IMG/VR virus record: IMGVR_UViG_3300035182_000466
Span: 96,001-160,000 of that record
Source of the DNA: a virus
Reading direction: 5' to 3' (one strand)
Length of the DNA stretch: 64,000 nt
Position numbers and translations under genes: made by a program. Shown piece by piece: positions 48,474-59,691 of this stretch. A model generated the notes under the pieces. That model had not been told where the DNA came from, did not search any database, and worked only from the letters and a program-made list of their open reading frames with translations. Numbering within the stretch: the first letter of the stretch is position 1; every line of letters begins with the position of its first letter.

Positions 48474-48647
48474 CTATATTGCCAATTTCATACTGAAAAT
48501 ATCTTTTAGTTTTTGTAGATCATCTTCTGTAGGTTCTCCTACTACTGATAGATATATTGTATTCTTTTTTAGTGGTTCTGGTGTTACTTTGGATTCTGTA
48601 GCACAGGTGGGTTGAATAAAATTTTGAGAGGGTACTGATATTTCCAT
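48474..48647 (-). CDS. 57-aa hypothetical protein (not in ORF track)
   Basis: aaggag RBS then MEISVPSQNF...MKLAI*. Confidence 0.5.
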   Translation of the reverse strand: MEISVPSQNFIQPTCATESKVTPEPLKKNTIYLSVVGEPTEDDLQKLKDIFSMKLAI

Positions 48648-48774
48648 TAGCTTCTCCTTTAAAAAGAATATTAGATAAAAAGAATATTAGGAAGCTGTTT
48701 AAAAATATCAATAATATATTGGCAGGATATTTATAAACAAACTTCAATACTTCCGATATTACTTATTTACAGTT

Positions 48775-49146
48775 TTAACTTCTTATTACTTTTGGTAGTT
48801 CACTCATTGATCTTTGCATTTGATTAATATCATTAGTCAGTGTCCTAACTTCTGATAACACCAATTTTAGACTTTTATTAAAAAAAGTAGTCATTTTCTC
48901 AACATTATTATTTATTTCTGATAACTTTGAGATAAGTTCGTCTGGATGTGATTCTTGTACATCCTTTATTAAATCTTTTAATTTAGTTACTTCTAAATCT
49001 ACTTGATCCTGCTTTTCTTCTATATCATTTTTATATTGATCTAGTAACCACTCTATAAATTCATCTTTATCTTTTATCAAACCTAATTTCCAATAGCTAT
49101 ATATGGTTTCAAAAGTATAGTCTTCTGTATTTAAAAGTACACTCAT
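48775..49146 (-). CDS. coiled-coil hypothetical protein
   Basis: heptad-rich ORF. Confidence 0.55.
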   Translation of the reverse strand: MSVLLNTEDYTFETIYSYWKLGLIKDKDEFIEWLLDQYKNDIEEKQDQVDLEVTKLKDLIKDVQESHPDELISKLSEINNNVEKMTTFFNKSLKLVLSEVRTLTNDINQMQRSMSELPKVIRS

Positions 49147-49764
49147 TTATAGTCTCCTGTTTCATCATAATACTGGTCTGGTTTATCAGCTACTCTGATA
49201 CATACTTTATCTCCACTAATTATTTCTAGTTCATTATCAGTTATTGAAAATACCATTGAGGGTGCATAAAAGATAAAGCTAACTATAACTTCTGTATCGG
49301 TAACATTTTGTACTTTTCCTAATCCTAATCGTTTATGCCAAACTAATAAATCCTTAATTAAGCTCATTGCAGTCAACCTCCTTATAGTCTTCTGGATATA
49401 ATGCAGCCTGTGCAACTATACAAATATAGTCTCTTTGTCTTTTTACATCTACTGAACTGATAGTACATAAGATAATTAAATTTAGAGCTTTTCGCATACG
49501 CAAATTACTGTCTTCTATGTTTGCTATCTCTAAAATTTTATTTGATAAGTCCTCCTTTTGATTAGTGCTAGTACTCCACATTATATTCTCACTTTTCTAG
49601 GAGGCTTATTCTTAAATACCTCTTTAATATCTGGAGTTATATCATATTTCTTTAATATTTGATAAGGAATACTATTTAGAACTATATTAATATGTGCTCT
49701 TGCATCTGCATCATCTAATGCATTAAGATTTAATCTTAGGACTGCATTATACTCTGGTTTCATA

Positions 49765-50313
49765 TTAGTCCTCTTCTGTTTTAGAATTTTTAGTGAAGTA
49801 TTCAGAAGATAAATTTTTAGCAATGTCTACTACAGATTTGGCATCAGAATTAAAATAATAAGGATTAGATACTAAAGAACAAAGTAGATTTCTAGTAAAA
49901 AATTCTTTTTGTTCTTTGGAACTTGATAGCCTACTTTGCATATCATTTAAAGCTTCCTGTAGCATAATTCCTGCTTGTTTCAAATTGTTAATGTCTTTAG
50001 TCATAGACTCAATATTTAACCTAAGTTGTTTATTCTCCTGTTCATAAAAATCTTTTGAAGTTTTAAAACCTGCCTTGCACTCTGTACAATATACTTCATT
50101 TCCTAAGTTATGGACATTAAAGGATCTCGATCCACAAGTACAAGACATGATATTAAGTTTATTTAAAGCCCCATCATTAGATACTAAAGATTCATCTTTT
50201 GTATATCTAGCTTCAATTAATTCTTGAATTAACTGCATATCTTCTTTATGCAATACTTCTGATTCTGACCATTTCTTAAATTCTTCTAAAGTAATATTAG
50301 ATGGGTTGCTCAT
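49765..50313 (-). CDS. zinc-ribbon plus coiled-coil protein
   Basis: CTCGS..CTEC then heptads; RBS aaggag. Confidence 0.55.
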   Translation of the reverse strand: MSNPSNITLEEFKKWSESEVLHKEDMQLIQELIEARYTKDESLVSNDGALNKLNIMSCTCGSRSFNVHNLGNEVYCTECKAGFKTSKDFYEQENKQLRLNIESMTKDINNLKQAGIMLQEALNDMQSRLSSSKEQKEFFTRNLLCSLVSNPYYFNSDAKSVVDIAKNLSSEYFTKNSKTEED

Positions 50314-50399
50314 TAGAATGCTCCTTTTTTGGCTATTCCTTCTTGGATTCTTTGTTCTAGTGTTCCTCTTCTTTTAGCTTATCCCATATACTATCCTTT

Positions 50400-50581
50400 T
50401 TAGTCCAAAATATAACTTTTTGCTAGAGGACAATCCTCTGGTATAATTATCTCACCACGTTCATTTATACGGCTTTTGAAAGATCAACACCTTCATGACA
50501 ATAGCTACCAATTTCATCTCGTCCAGTTGGATACTCAAGACACTCTTGACAATATTCTACTTGAGTTACACAGATTCTCAT
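50400..50581 (-). pseudogene. frameshifted small Cys-containing gene
   Basis: MRICVTQVEYCQEC...LSKAV*; continuation RINERGEIIIPEDCPL in another frame. Confidence 0.4.
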
Positions 50582-51132
50582 TTAGTATTCTCTATTACAG
50601 TAGGTATCTCTTTCCACTCTCCACCTCCACCATTACTGCTGTGCCATGCAAAGTATCCTTGAAGTACTGTATATCCATCTAATGTTTTAAACAGTCTATA
50701 GTCCTCAGGCTTATTACTACAAATACGAATATCTCCTATACTACTTGCAATTTGTGTTGGATAACCTATTTGTGAGGTCACATTTGAAGAAGTGAAAATT
50801 GGTTTACCTTGTTCTGCTTCAATATAATTATGATAGTCAACTAAGTCCTCACTTGTTTTAAACCAAGTTTTTCCTTTTCTCCAAACACCTATACTTTTCT
50901 TTTTGGTGCTAGGATTGTTCACTTTCCATATTAGTAATGGAATACCTTCTAAATCTTGAGGAGGTTCTTTAACTGGAAGATTAATAACTACATCAATATG
51001 AGTATAAGTATATCCTAGCTGTTCTGCAGATTTTTCACTACAACAACAGTCACGTTCTCGTTCACTACAATAAATACAGTATCCATGTCCATCATTTATA
51101 AATTTTTTATACTTCATTATCCTCGTCATCAT
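50578..51132 (-). CDS. hypothetical protein
   Basis: 184-aa ORF; C-terminus paralogous to upstream frameshifted gene. Confidence 0.55.
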   Translation of the reverse strand: MMTRIMKYKKFINDGHGYCIYCSERERDCCCSEKSAEQLGYTYTHIDVVINLPVKEPPQDLEGIPLLIWKVNNPSTKKKSIGVWRKGKTWFKTSEDLVDYHNYIEAEQGKPIFTSSNVTSQIGYPTQIASSIGDIRICSNKPEDYRLFKTLDGYTVLQGYFAWHSSNGGGGEWKEIPTVIENTK

Positions 51133-51144
51133 AATAAAGTTCTC

Positions 51145-51362
51145 CTACTCTTCTTTTACATTAGGTAATTCTTTCCAATAAGAACCATAACTATATTGTT
51201 CACGCCAATTAAATAAGCCCTCTAAAACAAAGGTACCATCTTTTTCTCTTTAAGTCTATACTCTTTAGGTACAGTATCTCCTATCCTATAAGTACTTCCT
51301 GAAGTTAAAAAATTTGCTTTCAAAATTCTAAATTCTTTCTTCTGTATAACACCATCTGACAT
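51145..51362 (-). pseudogene. frameshifted paralog of the C-terminal domain of 50578-51132
   Basis: ..PKEYRLKEK / DGTFVLEGLFNW..WKELPNV split by one missing A. Confidence 0.55.
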
Positions 51363-51366
51363 ATAG

Positions 51367-51888
51367 TTATCCTTTATCTAATTTAGTTTCCCAAAAGTAA
51401 TCTATCCAAATATTTGAGTCTACTTCATTTTTTGATACATTAATGATGTATGCATCTAGTTCTTTAGAAAGATCTTTAACAAAATTGGTTGATTTATGTA
51501 AGGTTATCCAACATATTACTTTTGGAGTTTTTGACTTTACCATGCGTAGATAACGTTTAGTTATTTCTACTAAAGTATCTCCAGTATCTAGTATATCATC
51601 TACTATAAACACTGTATCCAACTTAGGCATACCCAACATTGTAAATTCAGGTTTTCTTTGATTGTTAAACCACATTAGTGGTACAGGAGATGTTTTTGAA
51701 TAGTAACTTACTAACCTATCGGTTAACATCTTTCCACCATTTTTTATTCCTACAATTATGTTTGGATTAAGATTTAAACTATCTAAAGTCTTTATCAGAT
51801 CTTCACAGTCTTTTTCAAAAGAAGCTGAGTCATAAAATAAGTGTTGTTGATTATCAGTAGAATTGTGTACAATCATTTTAGTATCCAT
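51367..51888 (-). CDS. phosphoribosyltransferase
   Basis: IVDDILDTGDT PRPP-binding motif; WIDYFWE C-terminus like Gpt-type PRTases. Confidence 0.85.
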   Translation of the reverse strand: MDTKMIVHNSTDNQQHLFYDSASFEKDCEDLIKTLDSLNLNPNIIVGIKNGGKMLTDRLVSYYSKTSPVPLMWFNNQRKPEFTMLGMPKLDTVFIVDDILDTGDTLVEITKRYLRMVKSKTPKVICWITLHKSTNFVKDLSKELDAYIINVSKNEVDSNIWIDYFWETKLDKG

Positions 51889-51953
51889 CCTGTAAGGCTT
51901 CCTGTAAAGTTTCTATTTTAGTCTCTTGTATAAATCATATCTACTAGATTTTT

Positions 51954-52499
51954 TTAAATTGGTACTTTTGGAACAATGTCTATGTCTACATTTATGTAAT
52001 AGTTCGTGTGAGGTTTTATCAAACATGCACTAACGTACACTTTTTTAAGTGTTTCAGAATACATAATCACTAGTTTATATGGAAATAAAAGGTGATACCA
52101 TTTTAATGGGATATCTTTATTATCCATGATGTACGCATCTACTGGTTTAAAAATTTTAAAACCCTCAAGCAAGTCTGCAAGCTGTGCCATCCATCTTTTA
52201 GGAAAATCAGGATATAGATCAAACCAGTCTAAACGTTCTCTAGTTGTATTACACTTTGTAGCAGATGATATTGTTTTACTTTCCAATAAACGTTCAATAT
52301 AGCTATCACAGCAATCAGACATTTGAGACTCTATTGGTTCTTGGGAGTCACCAAATATTCGATTTAAATTAGTATCATCTACTATTTTAGATCTAATTGT
52401 ATCTATCACCCTCTTCTTATATGTTGGACTTTCAACTTTTAAAGTTTTATTTCCCCATACCAATATACCAGAGTCTTTTACAGTAAATTTCTCGGACAT
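51954..52499 (-). CDS. hypothetical protein
   Basis: RBS aggag; 181 aa. Confidence 0.55.
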   Translation of the reverse strand: MSEKFTVKDSGILVWGNKTLKVESPTYKKRVIDTIRSKIVDDTNLNRIFGDSQEPIESQMSDCCDSYIERLLESKTISSATKCNTTRERLDWFDLYPDFPKRWMAQLADLLEGFKIFKPVDAYIMDNKDIPLKWYHLLFPYKLVIMYSETLKKVYVSACLIKPHTNYYINVDIDIVPKVPI

Positions 52500-52721
52500 A
52501 ATTTTTTCTCCTAATCCTTACATTCGCCTAGCATCTGGATTATATAGTATGATTTATAATCAGACAGCCATTTATATAATGAGTCTAATCATTGTTTTCA
52601 TTCTTTATCAAAAAGTCCTACTGTATCCTTGCACCAATAGATAGCCTATTACAAGTTGACCTAGTAGCAATATCTTTTGTTATCTTAATAAAATACTCAT
52701 CCCACATTGGTCGCATATTTA

Positions 52722-52979
52722 TCACCATTCAATACAATAGTTTTTCATGTTTACTAAAGAACAAGTGCTACCACTACGGGTAATTACATATCCCAAATTC
52801 GTTAATGTATCTACTTCTGTTTGGGTCATAGTTCTTTCTATTCTTCGTAGTCCATTAGCACAAGCTTCTCTGATTTCTTTATATACATAAAGATTATCAT
52901 TGACAATTGATCTTGCTTGTTCCGCAGTTAAAGGTCGTAAATTATTAGAATCATTTGAAGCAAGTGGTTTATCACACAT
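52722..52979 (-). CDS. hypothetical protein
   Basis: LTAEQAR..LGY.I..IEW pattern. Confidence 0.5.
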   Translation of the reverse strand: MCDKPLASNDSNNLRPLTAEQARSIVNDNLYVYKEIREACANGLRRIERTMTQTEVDTLTNLGYVITRSGSTCSLVNMKNYCIEW

Positions 52980-53101
52980 ATTTATTTATCCTCTACTTTG
53001 CTTAAAGTTATTCCCATATTAATAATGCTTCCACCAAAAGTCTCTGATAAAATATTTGTATTATTTGTAATAGGTTTACTCATATTAGTATCTAAAGGAT
53101 A

Positions 53102-54085
53102 CTAAGGAATATGTGGATTAGTTTTTGATTTAATTACGGCATAAACAAAGGTTGGAATTGGTTCAGTTCTTACAGGTAATGAAGGTTCAGAAAGTTTAAT
53201 CCTGTCTATTAAATCTTGTCTGTTTATTGGAGTCTCCATACACTTAGTAATATCTTTACAGCATACAAATTCTTTGCATCTAAACTCCGAAAAATTATAT
53301 ACCCAATTATCCTCTAATGACTTTTGTAGAATGTTTCCTATTATAGGGAGTTCTCTATAATAGCTTCTCATTGATAAACATGGTACAATATCTCCATTAG
53401 CTAAAATACCAATAGACTTTAATCCAGCAGTACACGGTCCGCTATTCATATTATCTGCACATATAATAGTAGCTTTAGAAGTATAGACATATTGCATCAA
53501 CAACTTCTGCGCTTCTTCATTTTGATATACCGCATTTTCAGATTTATCTTCATCCTCATACATAGTGTACTGTATTTGCCATGTCAAGTTATTAGCTAAT
53601 ACAAATTCTTCAATCTTCTTAAATTGAAAAATATTTTTAATATTAAAGTTTGAAATAATGGTACATTTATAAATTAAAGATTTAAAACACTTTGTAGTTT
53701 TAAATCTTTTAAGTTCAGCCAGAGTATTTATTGATACTCCAATCCAATCGTATAGTTCTAAAACACTTTGACTATCATCCATACTACAAGTGTTATAGGT
53801 ACAAATGTTATAAGGATTAATAAGTATCTTACATACTACATCTTTTTGCTCTAACTTATTGATCAAGTGTTCATGGCTTATATATGGTACTATAAGAGGA
53901 TTACCTCCAGAAATACTAATTTCTTTGGGAGGATAATCGTATATAGCATCAACAATACTGGCAATAGATTCTTTATCTATCTTAGTTTTGTTTAAAGAAT
54001 CTTTTGATCCGCAGTAAGTACAACCTGCTTCACAATTATCAGTTATCTCCCAAATAATTTCTTCTAGTTTAATGTGAGATTTCAT
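53102..54085 (-). CDS. radical SAM/SPASM protein
   Basis: WEITDNCEAGCTYCGS, SGGNP, CTAG..GILANGDIVPCLS. Confidence 0.88.
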   Translation of the reverse strand: MKSHIKLEEIIWEITDNCEAGCTYCGSKDSLNKTKIDKESIASIVDAIYDYPPKEISISGGNPLIVPYISHEHLINKLEQKDVVCKILINPYNICTYNTCSMDDSQSVLELYDWIGVSINTLAELKRFKTTKCFKSLIYKCTIISNFNIKNIFQFKKIEEFVLANNLTWQIQYTMYEDEDKSENAVYQNEEAQKLLMQYVYTSKATIICADNMNSGPCTAGLKSIGILANGDIVPCLSMRSYYRELPIIGNILQKSLEDNWVYNFSEFRCKEFVCCKDITKCMETPINRQDLIDRIKLSEPSLPVRTEPIPTFVYAVIKSKTNPHIP

Positions 54086-55322
54086 GTTGTCTCCAGTTGT
54101 TCTCTAGTCATTTCAACTTGTTGTTTATTGTCTTTAAACCAAATGATATTTTCTTCATCTACGAACATCAATTTGACGTTTGCTATGTTTATCCATATAC
54201 TAGAATAATGCGTAGTGGTATCTACTTCCTGAATAAGTATTCAGGCTTTCACTAAATGTTCCTCGAGCACTATAACTCCTTTAACGGCGCTGTCTCTTTC
54301 TTCAAAATACGTGTAGATCACGTTACCTATCTTATTTCCATCTTGGTCCAAAAAATGGAATGTTATCTGAAATCTTAAGACCCTCTGAGGAGAATATCTC
54401 TCCATTTTGATTACACTTATTCATGTTTAAGATAGGAACTGTTATTTGCATATTGAACACTTACCTTTTAGTATGACTACCTTTTTGTATTAAATGAAAA
54501 ATCTCTGAACTTCATTCTATCTAATTCTTTATGAACCTTTGGATCAAGAACAACTAGAGTATCATCAGGCATCTTGTGGTGAATACCTCACTTCTCTCTT
54601 TATCTGTAATGGAAATAGTTTTATTAACATGTTTGTTCTATTTACAGTTTTGACCTACCTCATAATACTACACGTTTATTTGTAAGAATATCTTAGGACT
54701 TACAGTAACATACGCAGTTCTTTTGTGACTTAGAGAACATGCGACAGAATACTTTTGGGTTATGATTTAGTGGAAGTTTATAGATACAGGTGTAGCAAGT
54801 ATTACTATTACTCCACCAAACCTTGAGCCTATTTACCTGTTCTATATGCTTTTGATACAAGCTCTTCATGGTTAATCCTTAAATTATTTCTGTCCAATAG
54901 TCATAAATAATATCCATAGAGGTTTCTAACTGATTTATTAGTGTGCATGGTTTAGTATTTATGTCAAAAGGTTTTATCCATAATCCAAAATAACGTCGTC
55001 CATGTAGATCTGCATCTACTTTACGCTCAGTAGTTCTCTTTCTTATATTTTTGAATCCGGCATGTTTTAAAACAGTAACTATGTCACTCTGTGTCATAAT
55101 AGCCTCTATTGATTTGATGAAAAGCTTCCTGTTTAAACCAGGATCTTTTAACAATATTACGAGAGGCAATTAAGGTATTACCTAAACCTCGTCTGCCCAT
55201 CTGTTCACCTTTATGATAAAAATGAACAGTATTATTTATGGCATCTTGCTCAGGTATTCCTTGCTCTATTTGAAGTAATAAATAGTCTTCCCAATTATAT
55301 GGTAGCAGTATCTTATTCATAT

Positions 55323-55742
55323 TTATCCCAATCCAAAATTACAAGTACATTCAATCCCTATATCTTGTGGTTTATCACAAGTTACATAGCATATATATCC
55401 ACCTTGTTCTACAAGTCTATACCATTGACACTCTTCACAATAATAAACAAATGGACCTTCGTGTATTTCTTCAATTAATGCGTACTCATTGGTTTTACCT
55501 TCAGATATATCACCAGCATCTTCTTTTACCCATCTATCTGCTTGTTCAAAAGACATTGAAAAGCCATGAGCTCTATGTTTTACTTCATTATAATAATGTA
55601 TACCCATAAATAGCAAATGTCTTAACGACCCGATTCCATATCCAGGTTTACTAAATAGCTTAAGAAGCTTATAAAGAATACCCCATTGCTTATTTTTATA
55701 CTTTCTTGTATCAAATGTGGATATAACAAATATAGAGTTCAT
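55323..55742 (-). CDS. hypothetical protein
   Basis: 139-aa ORF. Confidence 0.5.
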   Translation of the reverse strand: MNSIFVISTFDTRKYKNKQWGILYKLLKLFSKPGYGIGSLRHLLFMGIHYYNEVKHRAHGFSMSFEQADRWVKEDAGDISEGKTNEYALIEEIHEGPFVYYCEECQWYRLVEQGGYICYVTCDKPQDIGIECTCNFGLG

Positions 55743-55744
55743 GA

Positions 55745-56356
55745 TTAGTTCTTTGTAGACAATGATTTAAACTGATCACAGTATTTGCCATTAAAATCCT
55801 TGAATAGCTCACACCAGTTGTTTAACTTGTTATTAAATTTTCGCCATTCACAATTATCACACATATCAAAATGATGTTCTACAAAGAGAGTAGGATCATA
55901 AAAATAAGCATAAGTCTTTGAAGCCTTATATCCTTCTTTTGTAATAAGAAAATCTATACTTTCTTTTAACTTATCAAATGCTCTTGTACAAACATCGAAG
56001 CGAATTGGACAGTTTGTCCATTTATCAAATAGCTTACAGTGGTCAATAACCAGATGTTGGTTAATATAGGAATAGCAATCCTTACTCTTTGTACTGTATC
56101 CACCTTGTAGTTTACTTGTCTTAATACTTAAAAACAAACTATTTTTATATCTATGAACAGAATATTTGATAGAATGCTGACGTAAAAAATTTGTAATTAA
56201 AAGCCACTTCTCTTGTTGTTCATTGTCTAGTTGTACAAATTCTTTATTTAACCCAATTGGAAACACTCTATACTCATTATCATTAGTCCAAACTTTTGTC
56301 CAATATTTCTTATCACTGTAAGTTTGAAAGCATTTAACACCTTTTTTGTTAATCAT
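55745..56356 (-). CDS. hypothetical protein with C-terminal Cys cluster
   Basis: CDNC..WC..YCDQF. Confidence 0.5.
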   Translation of the reverse strand: MINKKGVKCFQTYSDKKYWTKVWTNDNEYRVFPIGLNKEFVQLDNEQQEKWLLITNFLRQHSIKYSVHRYKNSLFLSIKTSKLQGGYSTKSKDCYSYINQHLVIDHCKLFDKWTNCPIRFDVCTRAFDKLKESIDFLITKEGYKASKTYAYFYDPTLFVEHHFDMCDNCEWRKFNNKLNNWCELFKDFNGKYCDQFKSLSTKN

Positions 56357-57300
56357 TTATCTATCCTTTCTATAGCCTAAGTACACAACAAGATTTACCA
56401 TCTATACCTTTCATTAGCTTTAAGCATTTAGGACAATATGACCTAATTGGTTCTACAGGATAGGTAAATACCTGCTATCTATATATACCTTCCCATTCAC
56501 AATGCGGATATTTAATTTTTTCTATCCGCAATACTATATTATCTCAGTTATTATTTTCTAACCTTTCAATACGAAAGTTTAAGTTTTCTTCTAGTCTTTC
56601 TACTTCACAAGATAGTCTACCTATGGTCTTAATAAAGATCATGGACTCAACTTGTTTCATTTTATACATTAATTGACACAAGTGCTGTATACTTTCATTA
56701 TCTAAATCCTTTGCTTCAAGATCAGATAAAAACTGTATTACCTTTAATACTTTATTCTGACTCATGCTTTTATTTCCTTCCATAGTAAAATCTGGTCTAA
56801 AGTAAACATACTAAACTTTTCAAGTGTTTCATAATTATAGATGATAGCAACAGTATGTAAGTCTAAAGGACCCACATGAGATAAACTAGCAGTCTTGCCT
56901 TTAACTTTTTCACCAAGCTTAGTTATCACAGAAATAGGTATTCCGAAAGGAGGAATCGTTCCATCTAAAGTATGTATCTCTTTATACCCATCTCGTATAG
57001 CCTCTAGTATGATGTCCTCAATTTCATCGGTAAGTAATTCTTCTATCATAGCTAACCTCTTCTAGCTCAAATGTATAAAATCCTCTATATGATATTCCTT
57101 TTCATAATACCAAAATTCACACCATTTAAAACGATTATAAATTTGTAACCAATAGCGTTGGTAGTGTTCTTTATCTGCATCTTCAAATGTATTATCATAA
57201 GTGTTTCTATGGTATATATCTATAAGCGCTTTATTATAGATTTTTCTACGTTCTGCTCCTATTTTACTCATTTTATATACCTCTGCTATTATAATAATCA

Positions 57301-57681
57301 CTAACTAACTAACCTTGTCCAAGTACCTTTAGTGCCTATATAATCATCCATAGTATCCTCCACTCTAGCAAGAATAAATTCTTTATCAGAAATAGGTGGA
57401 GTGGGCAGATTACTTTCAGTACATACTTTAATGTTACCTTTATATTCTCCATCATAAAAAGCTTTTACTCTATTTTCACTATTTTTATTTTCTGATACTA
57501 TTGCTAATAGATCTTCATACTCTTTATCTCTGTTAGCTTCATTATCATAAATCCAAGTTAGCCTATAATTTTCAAATGCAAATAGTATTACTGGTTTTTC
57601 ATTCTCTTTTATTTTACGGAAAAATTGACATTGTGCTAAGTTAATTGCACTATTTCCTGATCTGCTTGTAACATAATACAT
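57301..57681 (-). CDS. hypothetical protein
   Basis: RBS aggag. Confidence 0.5.
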   Translation of the reverse strand: MYYVTSRSGNSAINLAQCQFFRKIKENEKPVILFAFENYRLTWIYDNEANRDKEYEDLLAIVSENKNSENRVKAFYDGEYKGNIKVCTESNLPTPPISDKEFILARVEDTMDDYIGTKGTWTRLVS

Positions 57682-57691
57682 AATTATTCTC

Positions 57692-58039
57692 CTAGACTTT
57701 AAGTTTTCGTTCTTTGTCTATATGTAAAACTAAATTTGGGAAAGATTTATGTAGATAAGAATCTAACCACATTAAGTACATTTCATGCATAGTATCTTGA
57801 TCTTCTTCTAAGAAGGCTTTATAAAAGATCTGCCGTTCTTCGATAGAAGCAAGCTCTCCACCACAGCAAGAAAAATCTGGACAACACTCGCCTCCTTCTA
57901 ATTTAAAAGGACCTTCCTTATCTCCAAATCCATCAATAATAGAATAAAGGTTATTATTATTATGAATTGATTTACCATTTAACCACTTTTCAAGTTGTTC
58001 TTTTGTAGTCATCTTAATCACCAGTCTTAATCCGTTCAT
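57692..58039 (-). CDS. hypothetical phage protein
   Basis: QL.KW..G.SIH...ECCPDFSCC motif. Confidence 0.55.
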   Translation of the reverse strand: MNGLRLVIKMTTKEQLEKWLNGKSIHNNNNLYSIIDGFGDKEGPFKLEGGECCPDFSCCGGELASIEERQIFYKAFLEEDQDTMHEMYLMWLDSYLHKSFPNLVLHIDKERKLKV

Positions 58040-58421
58040 AATAAGGATATTCAGGTACTGTATATATTACTTCTCTTATTCCTAATTCACGTATCATCCA
58101 CATACACTGATCGCAAGGTTTAGCTAATGCTAAGTCATTATTCTTTTTAACTCGCAAAATAAATAAGGTTTTACCTTTAACTATTTCCTTATCCAGTTTT
58201 CTTAAACAGTCTCGTTCTGCATGTAAGGTTTCTTCAAACTTTGCATATTTATTTCCACGGCCACAATAACGAATTTGATTATATCCTGTAGATAATACTT
58301 TTCGTTTGTTACAACAAACTGAACCTAACCTTTGTTGGTAATCACTTTTTTGTGCTTCATTGTAAGCAGTAAGAAATTGAGGATACTTAGCTACTAATAT
58401 TGCAAGTTTATTTGTACTCAT
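58014..58421 (-). CDS. cytidine/dCMP deaminase-fold protein
   Basis: GYN, HAE, PCDQC, GIREVIY. Confidence 0.85.
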   Translation of the reverse strand: MSTNKLAILVAKYPQFLTAYNEAQKSDYQQRLGSVCCNKRKVLSTGYNQIRYCGRGNKYAKFEETLHAERDCLRKLDKEIVKGKTLFILRVKKNNDLALAKPCDQCMWMIRELGIREVIYTVPEYPYYERIKTGD

Positions 58422-58425
58422 AATA

Positions 58426-59178
58426 TTACTCGTCTAATTTTAAAAGATCTATATGAAGAGGAACCGAAATTCTATTTCTAACTAGTTCATCCTCTAGTTC
58501 TTCTTTAGTATATTGTACACAAAATTCAAAAGATACTTCTGGATTAAGAATATAATCAATTAGCTGCTGTTCATTAGTTATCAAGGTACTAATAATATTA
58601 TAACATCTCCTAAGTTGTCTAACTCCATGAGCATCGGAATTACATACTCGTTTTAGTTTAAATCTTTCATAAGGATCTTTTGATCTAAATACCTGTCTAC
58701 GATTATGTATAAATTCATATCCATCAATAACTAAATGACCTAGTTTAGATATGAACCTCTTGGCATTCATTGGATGACATAGAATAATAGCACAATCATA
58801 ATTATGCCTTGATCTGACATAAGCTAAATCATTTACACCAATAGAACCTTTTTCTTCTCTTATTCTAAATATATCTCTTATAGCTTCTGTTCCAAATACA
58901 AGTACTTCCTCGTAACCTTTTACTGAAAGTTCTATTCCATTTATAATTGGATAATTCAAGTCTATAGAAACATTATGAGATTCAAGAATTTGTCTATTAA
59001 AGGATTGAGGAGTCAAACTGTATTCTGGATAAGTTTTACCTTCACTCTTAGAGTATAAATGGTCAGTAATTACTAAACAAGAGTGATTGAGTTCTTTACA
59101 TGCGATAGCAAGTTCTCTAATAGTATTAGAGCCATCACTAAAATCACTATGAGTGTGAAGATTTATTTTATAATACAT
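58426..59178 (-). CDS. PHP-domain phosphoesterase
   Basis: LHTHS.FSDG, ITDH, GIE, CHP, NSDAH. Confidence 0.88.
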   Translation of the reverse strand: MYYKINLHTHSDFSDGSNTIRELAIACKELNHSCLVITDHLYSKSEGKTYPEYSLTPQSFNRQILESHNVSIDLNYPIINGIELSVKGYEEVLVFGTEAIRDIFRIREEKGSIGVNDLAYVRSRHNYDCAIILCHPMNAKRFISKLGHLVIDGYEFIHNRRQVFRSKDPYERFKLKRVCNSDAHGVRQLRRCYNIISTLITNEQQLIDYILNPEVSFEFCVQYTKEELEDELVRNRISVPLHIDLLKLDE

Positions 59179-59235
59179 CTCTTTTTATCTTATCTTCGCT
59201 TCATAGTCATATTTAAAATCTATTTTCTCTTTCAT

Positions 59236-59691
59236 TTAATTTTCCTTTAAATATTCATAAATAGCACTAGCAAATCTATCTGGATTTACATATTTTATAT
59301 CTATAGCAATATGAGTATAATGACTTGCTTGACAATGTTTTATCAAAAACTGTTCCCACCAACTTTGTTCTTTTGCCCAATCCAAAAGTTTAAAGAAACC
59401 TTCAGGTGTAGAAAAATCAATAAAATAAAAAGTACCATTTTGCCTTCCTATAGTATTGGCATGTTCAACAAACCCTTCAGCTACTCTAGCTGCTACTTTT
59501 TTTGAGAGTTCTTTATAACCTTGTCTGTATACTAAACCACATTTTGAACAAAATACTTTCCAATCACAACCAATTAAGGAATTATTTTCACTTGAAGTAT
59601 ACTCTTTACCTACTTCAGAAATAAAATTATGCCAGCATTCATTAATTGCTTCTGTTAGAAACTTATTCTGTTCTAATCTTAACACTTTCAT
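59236..59691 (-). CDS. hypothetical protein
   Basis: ECWH..CSKC..DFSTPEGFFKL pattern. Confidence 0.5.
   Translation of the reverse strand: MKVLRLEQNKFLTEAINECWHNFISEVGKEYTSSENNSLIGCDWKVFCSKCGLVYRQGYKELSKKVAARVAEGFVEHANTIGRQNGTFYFIDFSTPEGFFKLLDWAKEQSWWEQFLIKHCQASHYTHIAIDIKYVNPDRFASAIYEYLKEN

Noticed and set aside
48520-48747. 75-aa ORF from the track
   Set aside because: No clear RBS; an overlapping 57-aa ORF (48474-48647) has a strong aaggag RBS and is the better call.
54086-54878. tRNA or other RNA genes in the ORF-poor gap
   Set aside because: No cloverleaf or T-loop signature; the gap is explained by short ORFs below the track cutoff.
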